From positions 16,026-80,025 of the forward strand of contig DFNJ01000033.1 of the NCBI GenBank assembly GCA_002376005.1: 64,000 bases of DNA. The letters are read 5' to 3'. Position numbers and translations under genes: made by a program. The notes below the pieces were generated by a model. It made no database searches and was not told the origin of the DNA. It saw only the letters and a program-made list of their open reading frames with translations. Each line of letters begins with the position of its first letter. The first letter of the stretch is position 1. Of the stretch, positions 47,265-56,678 are shown piece after piece. This DNA is from Firmicutes bacterium UBA3570 (GTDB lineage: Bacteria > Bacillota > Sulfobacillia > UBA3561).

Positions 47265-49091
47265 ATGTGCGGCATCGTGGGGTATGTCGGCTCCCGCCCG
47301 GCACTACCCATCATTCTGGATGGCTTAGAACGACTGGAGTATCGCGGGTACGATTCCGCCGGCGTGGCCGTACTGGGGGATGGCCGGATGATGGTGCACA
47401 AGCAGGCGGGTCGGCTGGCCGACCTCAAGAACAGCCTGTGCGAGGGGAGCACCGGGTGCGTGGGGTTGGGGCACACGCGCTGGGCCACCCACGGTCGCCC
47501 CAGCGACGCCAACGCCCACCCCCATCTCGACTGCAGCGGTCAGGTGCTGGTGGTGCATAATGGGATCATCGAGAATCACGCCGAGCTGCGCGCCTGGCTC
47601 GAGAGGCATCATCACCGGTTCCGATCGGAAACCGACACTGAGGTCATCCCCCACCTCATCGAGCACTACTGGGAAGGCGATCTGGAGGGGGCGGTGAGGA
47701 AGGCGGTCCGCCGGCTCGAGGGGTCGTTCGCCCTGGTGGTGGCCTCGACGCGCGAGCCGGACAAACTGGTGGTGGTGCGCCAGGAGAGCCCACTGATCCT
47801 GGGACTGGGTGAGGATGAGTTTTTCGTGGCGTCGGACATACCGGCTATACTTCATCGCACCCGGCGGACCATCGTGCTGGAAAATGGCGAGATGGCGGTC
47901 ATCGATGACCGCGGGCCCCGGGTGACTGACTGGGAAGGAGCCCCGGTGGACAAGCCGATCATCGAGGTGTCGTGGGACCCGGTGACCGCCGAACGAGGCG
48001 GCTACCCGCACTTCATGCTCAAAGAGATCCACGAGCAGCCGGATGCGGTCCGGGAAACACTCCGGGGGAGGATCGCGCCCGCGGGAGGGGTGAACCTGGC
48101 CGAACTGCAACCGCTGGAGGAACTGCTGCGGTCCTGCCGCCGGGTGTACATGACCGCCTGCGGGACCGCTTGCCACGCGGCGATGGTGGGAAAGATGATG
48201 CTGGAAAGCTGGGTCCGCATCCCGGTGGAGGTGGATCTGGCCTCCGAGTTCCGCTACCGCGACCTCCTGTTGGAACCGGAGGATCTGGTGGTGGTGGTCA
48301 GCCAGTCGGGTGAAACCGCCGACACCCTGGCAGCGCTGCGCGAAGCCCAGCACCGTGGGTCTCAAGTGGTGGCGGTGACCAACGTCCTGGGAAGCTCGGT
48401 GGCCAGGGAGGCGGATGCCGTCATCTACACGCGGGCGGGGCCCGAGATAGCGGTGGCTTCCACCAAGGCCTACATGACCCAGCTGGTGGTGCTGGCATTG
48501 CTGGCATTGCACATGGCCCAGCTGCGAGGTACCATGACCCCAGACCGCATCGCCAGGCGGTGCGCGGAACTGGAGTCAGTGCCCGACCGGCTGAAGCTGG
48601 TGCTCCAGCACGAACCGATGCTGGAGCGCCTGGGTGGGCGGCTGCGGGATGAGGAGCACGTGTTCTTCATTGGCCGGGGGGCGGACTACCGCGCGGCGCT
48701 GGAGGGACAGCTCAAGCTGAAAGAGATCTCCTACATCCACGCCGAAGCCTACGCGGCGGGGGAGCTCAAGCACGGCACCCTGGCCCTGATCACTGAGGGA
48801 GTGCCGGTGGTGGCCCTGGCCACCCAGAGGCAGCTTTTGCCCAAGATCGCCAGCAACATCGCGGTGGCAAGGGCGCGGGGAGGATGGATTCTGGCGGTGG
48901 GTCTGCGCGGGGCCACCGAGATCCAGCAGCTGGCCGACGAGTACGTGCCCCTTCCCGAGCTGAGCCCGCTGCTCATGCCCATGCTGGCGGCGGTACCGCT
49001 GCAGCTGCTGGCATATTACGCTGCCCGGGCGCGGGGGTGCGATATCGACAAACCCCGCAACCTGGCCAAGAGCGTCACCGTGGAGGGATGA
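47265..49091 (+). CDS. glmS: Glutamine-fructose-6-phosphate aminotransferase
   Basis: MCGIVGY N-terminal Cys, LEYRGYDS, GHTRWATHG, SQSGETAD, ASTKAY, ELKHG, PRNLAKSVTVE. Confidence 0.98.
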   Translation: MCGIVGYVGSRPALPIILDGLERLEYRGYDSAGVAVLGDGRMMVHKQAGRLADLKNSLCEGSTGCVGLGHTRWATHGRPSDANAHPHLDCSGQVLVVHNGIIENHAELRAWLERHHHRFRSETDTEVIPHLIEHYWEGDLEGAVRKAVRRLEGSFALVVASTREPDKLVVVRQESPLILGLGEDEFFVASDIPAILHRTRRTIVLENGEMAVIDDRGPRVTDWEGAPVDKPIIEVSWDPVTAERGGYPHFMLKEIHEQPDAVRETLRGRIAPAGGVNLAELQPLEELLRSCRRVYMTACGTACHAAMVGKMMLESWVRIPVEVDLASEFRYRDLLLEPEDLVVVVSQSGETADTLAALREAQHRGSQVVAVTNVLGSSVAREADAVIYTRAGPEIAVASTKAYMTQLVVLALLALHMAQLRGTMTPDRIARRCAELESVPDRLKLVLQHEPMLERLGGRLRDEEHVFFIGRGADYRAALEGQLKLKEISYIHAEAYAAGELKHGTLALITEGVPVVALATQRQLLPKIASNIAVARARGGWILAVGLRGATEIQQLADEYVPLPELSPLLMPMLAAVPLQLLAYYAARARGCDIDKPRNLAKSVTVEG

Positions 49092-49459
49092 CCTTGATCC
49101 GGGGAGTGGGCGTGGATATAGTGAGTTTGAACCGGGTGGAGCGGGCGCTTTCCAGGTGGGGGGAGCGCTTCGTTGCCCGGCTGCTCACACCTGAGGAGAG
49201 GAGCCAGTGTCCTCGCCGCCCACGGCGGATGATTGAATACGTGGCGGGCCGCCTGGCGGCCAAGGAGGCGGTGTTCAAGGCGGTGGGCGGGGGTCTGTCC
49301 TGGAAGGACGTGGAGGTACTCGCCGGGTCCGGCGGTCGACCGGTGGCGCGGCTGAGGGAGGGGTTGCGGGTGCCGGGTACCGTACTGGTCAGCATCACCC
49401 ACGACGGGTGGGCAGCGGTGGCCTGCGCCGTACTGGTGGAGGGGGATGGCCGAGGGTGA
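49088..49459 (+). CDS. acpS: Holo-ACP synthase
   Basis: GVDIV, AGR.AAKEAVFKA, GRP, SITH. Confidence 0.9.
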   Translation: MTLIRGVGVDIVSLNRVERALSRWGERFVARLLTPEERSQCPRRPRRMIEYVAGRLAAKEAVFKAVGGGLSWKDVEVLAGSGGRPVARLREGLRVPGTVLVSITHDGWAAVACAVLVEGDGRG

Positions 49460-51024
49460 GGGTGTGTACCGCGGAGGAGATGCGGCGGATAGACTCGGAG
49501 ATGATCCGGGGTCTGGGGCTGAATAGTCTGCTTTTGATGGAGCGGGCCGGACTTGCCGTGGCCCGGGTGGCCGCCCGTCGCTGCCCGGTGGGAACGGAGG
49601 TAGTGGTGGTCTGCGGCAAGGGAAACAACGGAGGCGACGGGGCGGTGGCCGCCCGCCATCTGGCGGCCTGGGGCTACCGGCCGCAAGTGCTGCTGACCGC
49701 TGATCCCGCGGACTGCAGTCCCGATGCCCGATACAACCTGCGTCTGCTGGAGGGTTGGGGAGTGCCGGTGGGTCCGGCCTCCCGCCTGCCGGCCATACTC
49801 TCGCGGGAAGGATCCTCCCCCGGGCTGGTGATCGACGCGCTGCTGGGCACCGGGTTCCGCGGGGAGGTGAGGGGACCGGTGGCCGCGGCGATCCAGACCA
49901 TCAACCAGAGCGGGCTCCCGGTTGTGGCGGTGGACGTTCCCAGCGGGGTGGACGCAGACGCGGGGGCGGCGGACTTGGCGGTGGAGGCGGAGGTGACCGT
50001 GACCCTGGGGCTGCCCAAGTTCGGCCTGTTCTGCTATCCGGGGGCGGCCCGGGCGGGCAAGGTGGTGGTTGCTGATCTGTCCATTCCGCCTTCACTGCAG
50101 GATTTGGCCAGCGGCGAGCTGCTATCTCCCCGGCTGGTGCGCCAGTGGGTGCCCCAGCGGCCGGCGGAGGGGCACAAGGGCACCTTCGGCTACGTGCTGG
50201 TGGTGGCGGGGTCGCCCGGCTACACGGGCGCGGCAGCTCTAACCGCCCTGGGAGCCGCCCGGTCGGGGGCGGGAGTGGTGCTGCTGGCGGTGCCGGAGGC
50301 GGTGCACCAGGTGGTGGAGACCCTGGTCCCGGAGGTGGTCACCCGGGCGCTGCCCTGCGACCGCGACGGCAGGTTGGCACCGGAGGCTTTGGGCGCCATC
50401 ATGGAGCTGGCGGCGCGATGCCGGTCGGTGGCGGCGGGACCCGGTCTTGGGGTCACGGAGGGTACGGCGCAGCTGGTCAGGCAACTGGTCCAGCGCTGTC
50501 CTCTCCCCCTGGTGCTGGATGCCGACGGCCTGAACGCGCTGGCCGGTGACCTAGGTCCCCTGGGGCGGGCAAAGGTGCCCATCATCCTCACCCCCCACCC
50601 GGGGGAAATGGGGCGGCTGCTGGGGGTTTCCGCCTCCCAGGTGCAGGCTGACCGACCGGCGGCCGCGCGGCGGCTGGCGGAGGAGACTGGAGCGGTGGTG
50701 GTGTGCAAAGGGGCGCATTCGCTGGTGGCCGAGGGCGACGGGCTGTTGCGGGTGGGCCTCACCGCTCACCCCGCGCTGGCCACCGCCGGGTCGGGCGATG
50801 TGCTCACCGGGGCCATCGCCGGGCTGCTGGCCCAGGGGGTGAGGCCGGCGCAGGCCGCCGGATTGGGCGTGGCCCTGCATGGCTGGGCGGGGGAGATGGT
50901 GGCCGCCCGGCGGGGGACGGCAGGAGTGCTGGCGGGGGAACTGGCCGACTGGTTGCCGGTGGCCAGAAAGCGGCTGCTTGAGGGCGATGCTCCCGTTCCC
51001 GACTGCGGCCTGGAGGTGGTGTGA
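49456..51024 (+). CDS. nnr: Bifunctional NAD(P)HX epimerase/dehydratase
   Basis: LMERAG, GKGNNGGDG, DALLGTG, HKGTFG, LDADGL, TPHPGE, ATAGSGDVL. Confidence 0.93.
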   Translation: MRVCTAEEMRRIDSEMIRGLGLNSLLLMERAGLAVARVAARRCPVGTEVVVVCGKGNNGGDGAVAARHLAAWGYRPQVLLTADPADCSPDARYNLRLLEGWGVPVGPASRLPAILSREGSSPGLVIDALLGTGFRGEVRGPVAAAIQTINQSGLPVVAVDVPSGVDADAGAADLAVEAEVTVTLGLPKFGLFCYPGAARAGKVVVADLSIPPSLQDLASGELLSPRLVRQWVPQRPAEGHKGTFGYVLVVAGSPGYTGAAALTALGAARSGAGVVLLAVPEAVHQVVETLVPEVVTRALPCDRDGRLAPEALGAIMELAARCRSVAAGPGLGVTEGTAQLVRQLVQRCPLPLVLDADGLNALAGDLGPLGRAKVPIILTPHPGEMGRLLGVSASQVQADRPAAARRLAEETGAVVVCKGAHSLVAEGDGLLRVGLTAHPALATAGSGDVLTGAIAGLLAQGVRPAQAAGLGVALHGWAGEMVAARRGTAGVLAGELADWLPVARKRLLEGDAPVPDCGLEVV

Positions 51025-52046
51025 TGCCGGCGCGCCCCGGGGGGTGGCTGTTGTTGCTCTGGCTGCTTGCTGCCACGGCTTCCTCCTGTATTCGTCCGAT
51101 GACCGCCCGGCAGGTGGTACTGTTCGTTGACCAGCGCCTGGATACGGTTCAGGATTGGGAGGCGGTGGTCCGGGTCCGCAGTGCGGCCACGGCTCCGGAA
51201 GACGAACTGGTGGTGAGGCAGTGGTGGTCGCGCCCCGGTCGTTACCGCTGCCAGTACCTCCACCCTCAAGAGGTGGCGGGGCAGGTCACGGTGTACGATG
51301 GCGAGACGCTGTGGCATTACGATCCGGGAACCGGGCGGGTGGTGTATTTCGCCCCCCACCAGGTGCCCCGGGGGCCGCAAGGAGAGGTGGCTTTTCCCCA
51401 GTGGCTGCTGCGGCGGCTGCAGGAAGGCCGGGTGGAACTGCGGGGCACCGACCGGGTGGAGGAATACGACTGCTACCTCCTGGAATGCCGGTGGGACCAG
51501 GAGCTCTACCGGGTGTGGGTGGATCGCGCCTCGTGGTTCCCGGTGCGCTGGGAGTGTTTCGATGAGGAGGGCATTCTCCTGTTCGCGGTCACCGTCACCC
51601 AGCTCGAGTACAACCTGGAGCTGGAAGGGCGGCTGTTCGTTCCCGAGTTCCCCGCGGCCACCGAGGTGGTGGAGGGGGGGCTGGGTTTCCGTCAGGTGGA
51701 ACTTCACCAGGTGCGGGAATGGGTGGGTTTTGAACCGCGGCTTCCCGCCTTCCTCCCGCCGGGGGTGGAGATGACCGGCGTGTATGTCATGGGGGAAGGT
51801 GAAGACCTGGCAGTGGTCATCAACTACCAGGGCCCGTGGTTGAGCTTCAGTCTCACCGAAAGCAGGAGGAAACCGGGCCCGCTGCCGGAGGGGCTGCGGA
51901 CCGTCGACTATCGGGGCAGGACCTACCGGGTGATCGAGTCGGAGGGAGCGACGGTACTCAGCTGGGTGGGCGGGGAGCTGGAGTTCGCCCTCCTGGGAGA
52001 CGGTGGCCTGCAGGAACTGCTCAGGATAGCAGCCTCCGTGCCGTAG
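51021..52046 (+). CDS. LolA/MucB-RseB-like secreted or lipoprotein (YdcC/SsdC-like, DUF4367 C-terminus)
   Basis: Signal peptide with possible lipobox ASSC, QWWSRPGRYR, TVYDG..LW.YDP, P.FLP.G; position after acpS-nnr. Confidence 0.7.
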   Translation: MMPARPGGWLLLLWLLAATASSCIRPMTARQVVLFVDQRLDTVQDWEAVVRVRSAATAPEDELVVRQWWSRPGRYRCQYLHPQEVAGQVTVYDGETLWHYDPGTGRVVYFAPHQVPRGPQGEVAFPQWLLRRLQEGRVELRGTDRVEEYDCYLLECRWDQELYRVWVDRASWFPVRWECFDEEGILLFAVTVTQLEYNLELEGRLFVPEFPAATEVVEGGLGFRQVELHQVREWVGFEPRLPAFLPPGVEMTGVYVMGEGEDLAVVINYQGPWLSFSLTESRRKPGPLPEGLRTVDYRGRTYRVIESEGATVLSWVGGELEFALLGDGGLQELLRIAASVP

Positions 52047-52132
52047 CGTCCTGGCGGAGGAATAACCAGGGGCAGCTGAGAAGTACACGCTGATGTCGCG
52101 CATGGCGCAATGCAGCAAGGGAGGTGAGGAGG

Positions 52133-53128
52133 ATGATTTTGGGCAAAGTACCCCGGGTCAGGCTGGCTCACCTGCCCACCCCGCTGGAGGAGATGTCCCG
52201 CCTGAAGGAGGCCATGAAGATCGAGCCCGACCTTTACATCAAGCGGGACGACAACACCGGTCTGGCCACGGGCGGCAACAAGGCGCGCAAGCTGGAATTC
52301 AGCCTGGCGCTGGCGTTGAGGCAGGGGGCGGACGTGGTCATCACCACCGGTGGCATCCAGTCCAATCACGCCCGCATGACCGCGGCGGCGGCCAGGAAGC
52401 TGGGTCTTGAATGCGTCCTGGTGCTCCGGGGGGAGGAACCGTCCTGCAAACAGGGCAACCTGCTCCTGGATTCTCTGCTGGGGGCGCGGATAAGGTACGT
52501 GGCGGCGGAAGACGCGGATGCCGTGGAGCAGGAGATGGAACGGGTGGCCATGGAGCTTTCGGCCGCCGGCAAGAAGCCGTACATCCTCCCCGTGGGTGGC
52601 TCGACACCGGCGGGCGCGCTGGGGTATGCCAACGCGTTCCTGGAGCTGCTCGGCCAAACCGTGGAGATGGGACTCAATCTTACCCATCTCTTCCTGGCGT
52701 GCGGCTCCGGAGGCACCCAGGCCGGTCTGGTTCTGGCCAGCAGGCTGGCGGCGCCCCAGGTCAAGGTGGTGGGCATATCGGTTTCCCGGAGCGCCCAGGA
52801 GATGAAGGAACGCATCGCGGAACTGGTGGGGGGTGCCGCTCGCTACCTGGATCTGGAGCTGGAAGTGAGTCCGGAGGAAATTCTGGTGGACGATGGTTAC
52901 ATCGGTGAGGGCTACGGAATTCCCACTGAGGAAGGACTGGAAGCCATCAGGTTGCTGGCGCGAACCGAGGGCATCCTGCTGGATCCGGTGTACACCTCCA
53001 AGGCAATGGCGGGGATGCTGGACTGGATCAAGAAGGGCAAGCTGAAGCGAGACGACGTGGCGGTGTTCATCCATACGGGCGGTGTGCCGGCCCTGTTCGC
53101 GCAGAGCGATACCATAGCCCAGCTTTAA
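52133..53128 (+). CDS. D-cysteine desulfhydrase family PLP enzyme
   Basis: LPTPLE, KRDD, GGNKARKLE, GGIQSNH, GSGGT, LDPVYT (Thr) and HTGG (Thr), unlike ACC deaminase DPVYE/HLGG. Confidence 0.88.
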   Translation: MILGKVPRVRLAHLPTPLEEMSRLKEAMKIEPDLYIKRDDNTGLATGGNKARKLEFSLALALRQGADVVITTGGIQSNHARMTAAAARKLGLECVLVLRGEEPSCKQGNLLLDSLLGARIRYVAAEDADAVEQEMERVAMELSAAGKKPYILPVGGSTPAGALGYANAFLELLGQTVEMGLNLTHLFLACGSGGTQAGLVLASRLAAPQVKVVGISVSRSAQEMKERIAELVGGAARYLDLELEVSPEEILVDDGYIGEGYGIPTEEGLEAIRLLARTEGILLDPVYTSKAMAGMLDWIKKGKLKRDDVAVFIHTGGVPALFAQSDTIAQL

Positions 53129-53138
53129 TGGAGGCGGA

Positions 53139-53867
53139 GTGGTGCCCATGCTGCCCCTCATTGGACTCACCGTTGCTTTGGACTACGAGAGGAACCGTTC
53201 CGTGCTTTCCCTCGATTACTGGCGGGCGGTGGAGCGAGCGGGCGGGATTCCGGTCCTGCTTCCCACCCTGGAGTCGGAGGAACTGGGAAAGGCGGTCCTG
53301 GAGCGCCTGGACGGAATTTTGCTGACCGGTGGCGTGGATGTCGACCCCTGGTACTACGGGCAGCTTCCCATGCGGGGGTTGGGGTCGCTTTCCCCCGAGC
53401 GGGACTGGGTGGAAATCGCCCTGGCCCGGGAAGCCCTGGAGCGAGGGGTGCCCCTCCTGGCCATCTGCCGCGGGATCCAGGTGCTCAACGTGGCCGCCGG
53501 CGGCACCCTGTACCAGGATCTGGCAACCCAGGTTCCGGACTCCCTCAACCACTGGCAGAGAGCTCCGCGCTGGCATCCCACCCACCCGGTGAGGCTGTCC
53601 CGGGGCAGCAGGATACGCGACATCATGGGGGCGGAAGAGGTACGCGTCAACACCTTCCACCACCAGGCGATCAAGGATCTCGCCCCCGGTTTCACGGTGA
53701 CCGGACGGGCGCCCGATGGGGTGATAGAGGCCATCGAGGCGGCCGAGCACCCCTTTGCCTTGGGCATCCAGTGGCATGCTGAGGGCATGTGGGAGAAAGA
53801 CCATACCCAGCTGGGGCCCTTCCGTGCCCTGGTGGAGGCGGCCCGGGAGAGGCGACAAAGAGGATGA
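53139..53867 (+). CDS. Peptidase C26 / gamma-glutamyl-gamma-aminobutyrate hydrolase (PuuD-like)
   Basis: LTGG.DVDP..YG, RD, AICRG.Q..NVA.GGTL.QD, VNTFHHQA, QWHAE. Confidence 0.88.
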   Translation: MVPMLPLIGLTVALDYERNRSVLSLDYWRAVERAGGIPVLLPTLESEELGKAVLERLDGILLTGGVDVDPWYYGQLPMRGLGSLSPERDWVEIALAREALERGVPLLAICRGIQVLNVAAGGTLYQDLATQVPDSLNHWQRAPRWHPTHPVRLSRGSRIRDIMGAEEVRVNTFHHQAIKDLAPGFTVTGRAPDGVIEAIEAAEHPFALGIQWHAEGMWEKDHTQLGPFRALVEAARERRQRG

Positions 53868-54958
53868 CGGTGGTGTATCCGGCCCGTCCCCGGGCCAGGG
53901 AGTTGGGGCTGCGGTTGGGAAGCTTACCCCCCGGTCCTCACAACGCCATCACTGACGTGGCCGGGGTGAGGGTGGGACACCTGACGCTGGTGGAGGGCGA
54001 AGGGGCACTGAGGCCCGGCCGGGGTCCCGTGCGCACCGGGGTGACCGTGATCGTACCTCACCCAGGGAATCTCTTCCGCGAAAAGGTCATCGCGGTGGCG
54101 TACGTCATCAACGGCTTCGGGAAAGCCACCGGCCTGGCCCAGGTGGAGGAGATGGGCACGCTGGAGACGCCCATCGCCCTAACCAATACCCTCAACGTGG
54201 GGATCGTGTGGGATGCCCTGGTCAGCTGGATGCTCGATACCAATCCGGACATCGGGATCGCTCCGGTGGGTACGGTCAATCCGGTGGTGGGGGAATGCAA
54301 CGACGGTTTCCTGAACGACATACAGGGGCGGCACGTGCGCCCGGAACACGTCTTCGCGGCGCTGAGACAGGCTCGGGGCGGTCCCGTTCCCGAGGGGGCG
54401 GTGGGGGCGGGGACCGGCATGTCGGCCTTTGGCTTCAAGGGCGGCATCGGCACCGCATCGCGCGTCCTGCCTCAAGCTGCCGGCGGCGCGACCGTGGGAG
54501 TGCTGGTGCTGGCCAACTTCGGGAGGCGGGATCAGCTGCGCATTGATGGAGTCCCGGTGGGAAGATTGCTCGGTGACCGCGAGGCAGGACCCGACCACCA
54601 GGACGGGTCGGTGATCGTGGTGTTGGCCACCGATGCGCCCCTGAGCTGCCGGCAGCTGCGGCGGGTGTTGCGGCGCACCACCCACGGGCTGGCGCGGACC
54701 GGTTCCATCGCTGCTTCCGGGAGTGGCGATTTTGCCATCGGTTTTTCCACCTGCCGGGGACAGGGCGAACGGGGTCTGCCGGACGAGGCGATCCTGAATC
54801 ACTTCTTCCTGGCCGCCGTGGAGGCCACCGAGGAGGCAGTGATCAACGCGCTTTTCACTGCGCCTACGGTGGTGGGCCGGGACGGCAATGTGCGCTACGG
54901 ATTGCCGGTGGAGCGGGTGCTGCAGTTCATGCAGCGCTACGGTAGGATGGGGGGATGA
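53864..54958 (+). CDS. P1/S58 family aminopeptidase (DmpA-like)
   Basis: NAITDVAGVRVGH, RTGVT, NGFGK, ECND, GAGTGM, autoprocessing G|SVIVV.ATDAPL, GSGD. Confidence 0.9.
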   Translation: MTVVYPARPRARELGLRLGSLPPGPHNAITDVAGVRVGHLTLVEGEGALRPGRGPVRTGVTVIVPHPGNLFREKVIAVAYVINGFGKATGLAQVEEMGTLETPIALTNTLNVGIVWDALVSWMLDTNPDIGIAPVGTVNPVVGECNDGFLNDIQGRHVRPEHVFAALRQARGGPVPEGAVGAGTGMSAFGFKGGIGTASRVLPQAAGGATVGVLVLANFGRRDQLRIDGVPVGRLLGDREAGPDHQDGSVIVVLATDAPLSCRQLRRVLRRTTHGLARTGSIAASGSGDFAIGFSTCRGQGERGLPDEAILNHFFLAAVEATEEAVINALFTAPTVVGRDGNVRYGLPVERVLQFMQRYGRMGG

Positions 54959-55785
54959 GGCAGATGCGAGTCTACATCTCGGCGGATCTTGAAGGTGTGG
55001 CGGGAGTGGTGCACGGCGAACACACCGCCCGGGACGGCCGGGAGCACGAGCGGGCGCGGCGGTTGATGACCGCCGAGGTGAATGCCGCCGTAGAGGGTGC
55101 CTTCGAGGCCGGGGCGGAGGCGGTGGTGGTGAATGACGCGCACGGCAGCATGAGGAATATCCTGCCCGAAGAGCTGGATTCCCGGGCCGAACTGGTAACC
55201 GGGTCGCCCAAGCCCCTGGGCATGCTGGCGGGGGTCGATGATGGTTTCGATGTGGCCATGTTCGTCGGCTATCACAGCCGTATGGGTCATCCTGGGGTGT
55301 TGAACCACACCATCGCGGGCTCGGTGGTGGCGGATGTGCTCTTCAACGGGGTCCCGGTGGGGGAGACGGGCATCAACGCCACCGTGTGCGGGCACTTCGG
55401 GGTGCCGGTGGTGCTGGTCACCGGCGACGACCAGGTAGCCCAGGAGGCTCGAAGGTTCATCGCTGGGGTGCGCACGGCGGTGGTAAAACGAGCCCTCGGC
55501 CGGTACGCGGCCCGGTGTCTGCATCCTGACAGGGCGCGGGAACTCATACGTCAGGAGGCCGCGGCGGCGGTGCGCGGCGCGGTTAACGTGGAGCCAGTTC
55601 GAATTCGCCTGCCGGTGGAGGTGACTCTTCGGCTCCAGAACACCGCCATGGCGGATGCCGCGGAGCTGTTGCCCGGTACTGAGCGCATCGATCCCCTGAC
55701 CGTGAGATGGCAGGGTGGCTCGGCCCTGGAGGCGTACCGGGCCCTGCGGACAATGATTAGCCTGGCCTCCGCGGTCAGGAGATAG
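54955..55785 (+). CDS. dppA: M55 D-aminopeptidase DppA
   Basis: ISADLEG, VNDAHG.MRN, GSPKP..M, GYH, HT, GETGIN, TGDD. Confidence 0.9.
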   Translation: MRQMRVYISADLEGVAGVVHGEHTARDGREHERARRLMTAEVNAAVEGAFEAGAEAVVVNDAHGSMRNILPEELDSRAELVTGSPKPLGMLAGVDDGFDVAMFVGYHSRMGHPGVLNHTIAGSVVADVLFNGVPVGETGINATVCGHFGVPVVLVTGDDQVAQEARRFIAGVRTAVVKRALGRYAARCLHPDRARELIRQEAAAAVRGAVNVEPVRIRLPVEVTLRLQNTAMADAAELLPGTERIDPLTVRWQGGSALEAYRALRTMISLASAVRR

Positions 55786-55805
55786 GTGGAAGGAGGACGA
55801 GTGCA

Positions 55806-56675
55806 GTGGCACTGAAGATCAACCGAGAGCAGCTGGTGATGGTATCGGTGGTTGGCGAGATCTCCTCGCCGCGGGTGCGCTATCCCTATCGGGTCGGTCA
55901 TGATGGCGTTGCCCGGGTGGGCCCGGGCACCGGCGGGATAACCTACAACGTCCGGGTGGGAGACCCTGCCTTGGGCTGGGCGGGTGATCACGTGGAACCG
56001 GGCTGCAGCGTCAAGAATAAGGACGAACTGGAAAACGGAGCTTTGAACGTCCTGGCCTGCGTGGGCAACGTGGCCCGCGTGGTCTCCGGCGAGGCGAAGG
56101 GCAAGACTGGGTACGTGACCGGAAAGCACGGGGGGATCGAACACGTGCTGGTGGACTTTCCCCCTGACGTGCTCGAGCAGCTGTGCATCGGGGACAAGAT
56201 CCTCATTCGCGCCATCGGCCAGGGCATGACCATTGAGGGGTTCCCCGAGGTGAGAGTGATGAACCTGGATCCCGACCTGCTCGAGAAGATGGGGATCGAG
56301 GTGGCGGGTGACCGGCTCCGGGTGCCGGTGGCGGGCATCGTCCCGGCGGAGCTGATGGGTTCAGGCATAGGAGCACCTTCCGCGGAGCGGGGGGATTACG
56401 ACATCACCACCCAGGATGTCCAGGTGCTCAGGGAGCACGGGCTGGAGGGCTTGCGCTTGGGCGACCTGGTGGCGATAAAGGACATGTCGGCGTTCTATGG
56501 CCGCGCCTACCGCCGGGGTGCGGTGATCATCGGGGTGGTGGTGCACAGCGACTCCCAGATCTCCGGTCACGGGCCTGGGGTGACCTGCCTGCTGACTTCC
56601 AACGGCCCACAGATCGAACCGGTGTTGTGCCCTGAGGCCAACATCGCCCGGTATTTGGGGATACGGGAGGGTTGA
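55806..56675 (+). CDS. DUF4438 domain protein
   Basis: SVVGEI, GGITYNV.VGD, GDHVEPG, GKHGG.EH, MGSG.G, DYDI, GHGPG motifs as recalled for DUF4438 (TM1086-like). Confidence 0.75.
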   Translation: MALKINREQLVMVSVVGEISSPRVRYPYRVGHDGVARVGPGTGGITYNVRVGDPALGWAGDHVEPGCSVKNKDELENGALNVLACVGNVARVVSGEAKGKTGYVTGKHGGIEHVLVDFPPDVLEQLCIGDKILIRAIGQGMTIEGFPEVRVMNLDPDLLEKMGIEVAGDRLRVPVAGIVPAELMGSGIGAPSAERGDYDITTQDVQVLREHGLEGLRLGDLVAIKDMSAFYGRAYRRGAVIIGVVVHSDSQISGHGPGVTCLLTSNGPQIEPVLCPEANIARYLGIREG

Positions 56676-56678
56676 TGG

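Noticed and set aside
52047-52132. Sigma-54 promoter (TGGCGC...GC) before the D-cysteine desulfhydrase gene
   Set aside because: GG-to-GC spacing is not the required 10 nt; similar candidates at about 4658 and 58457 also fail
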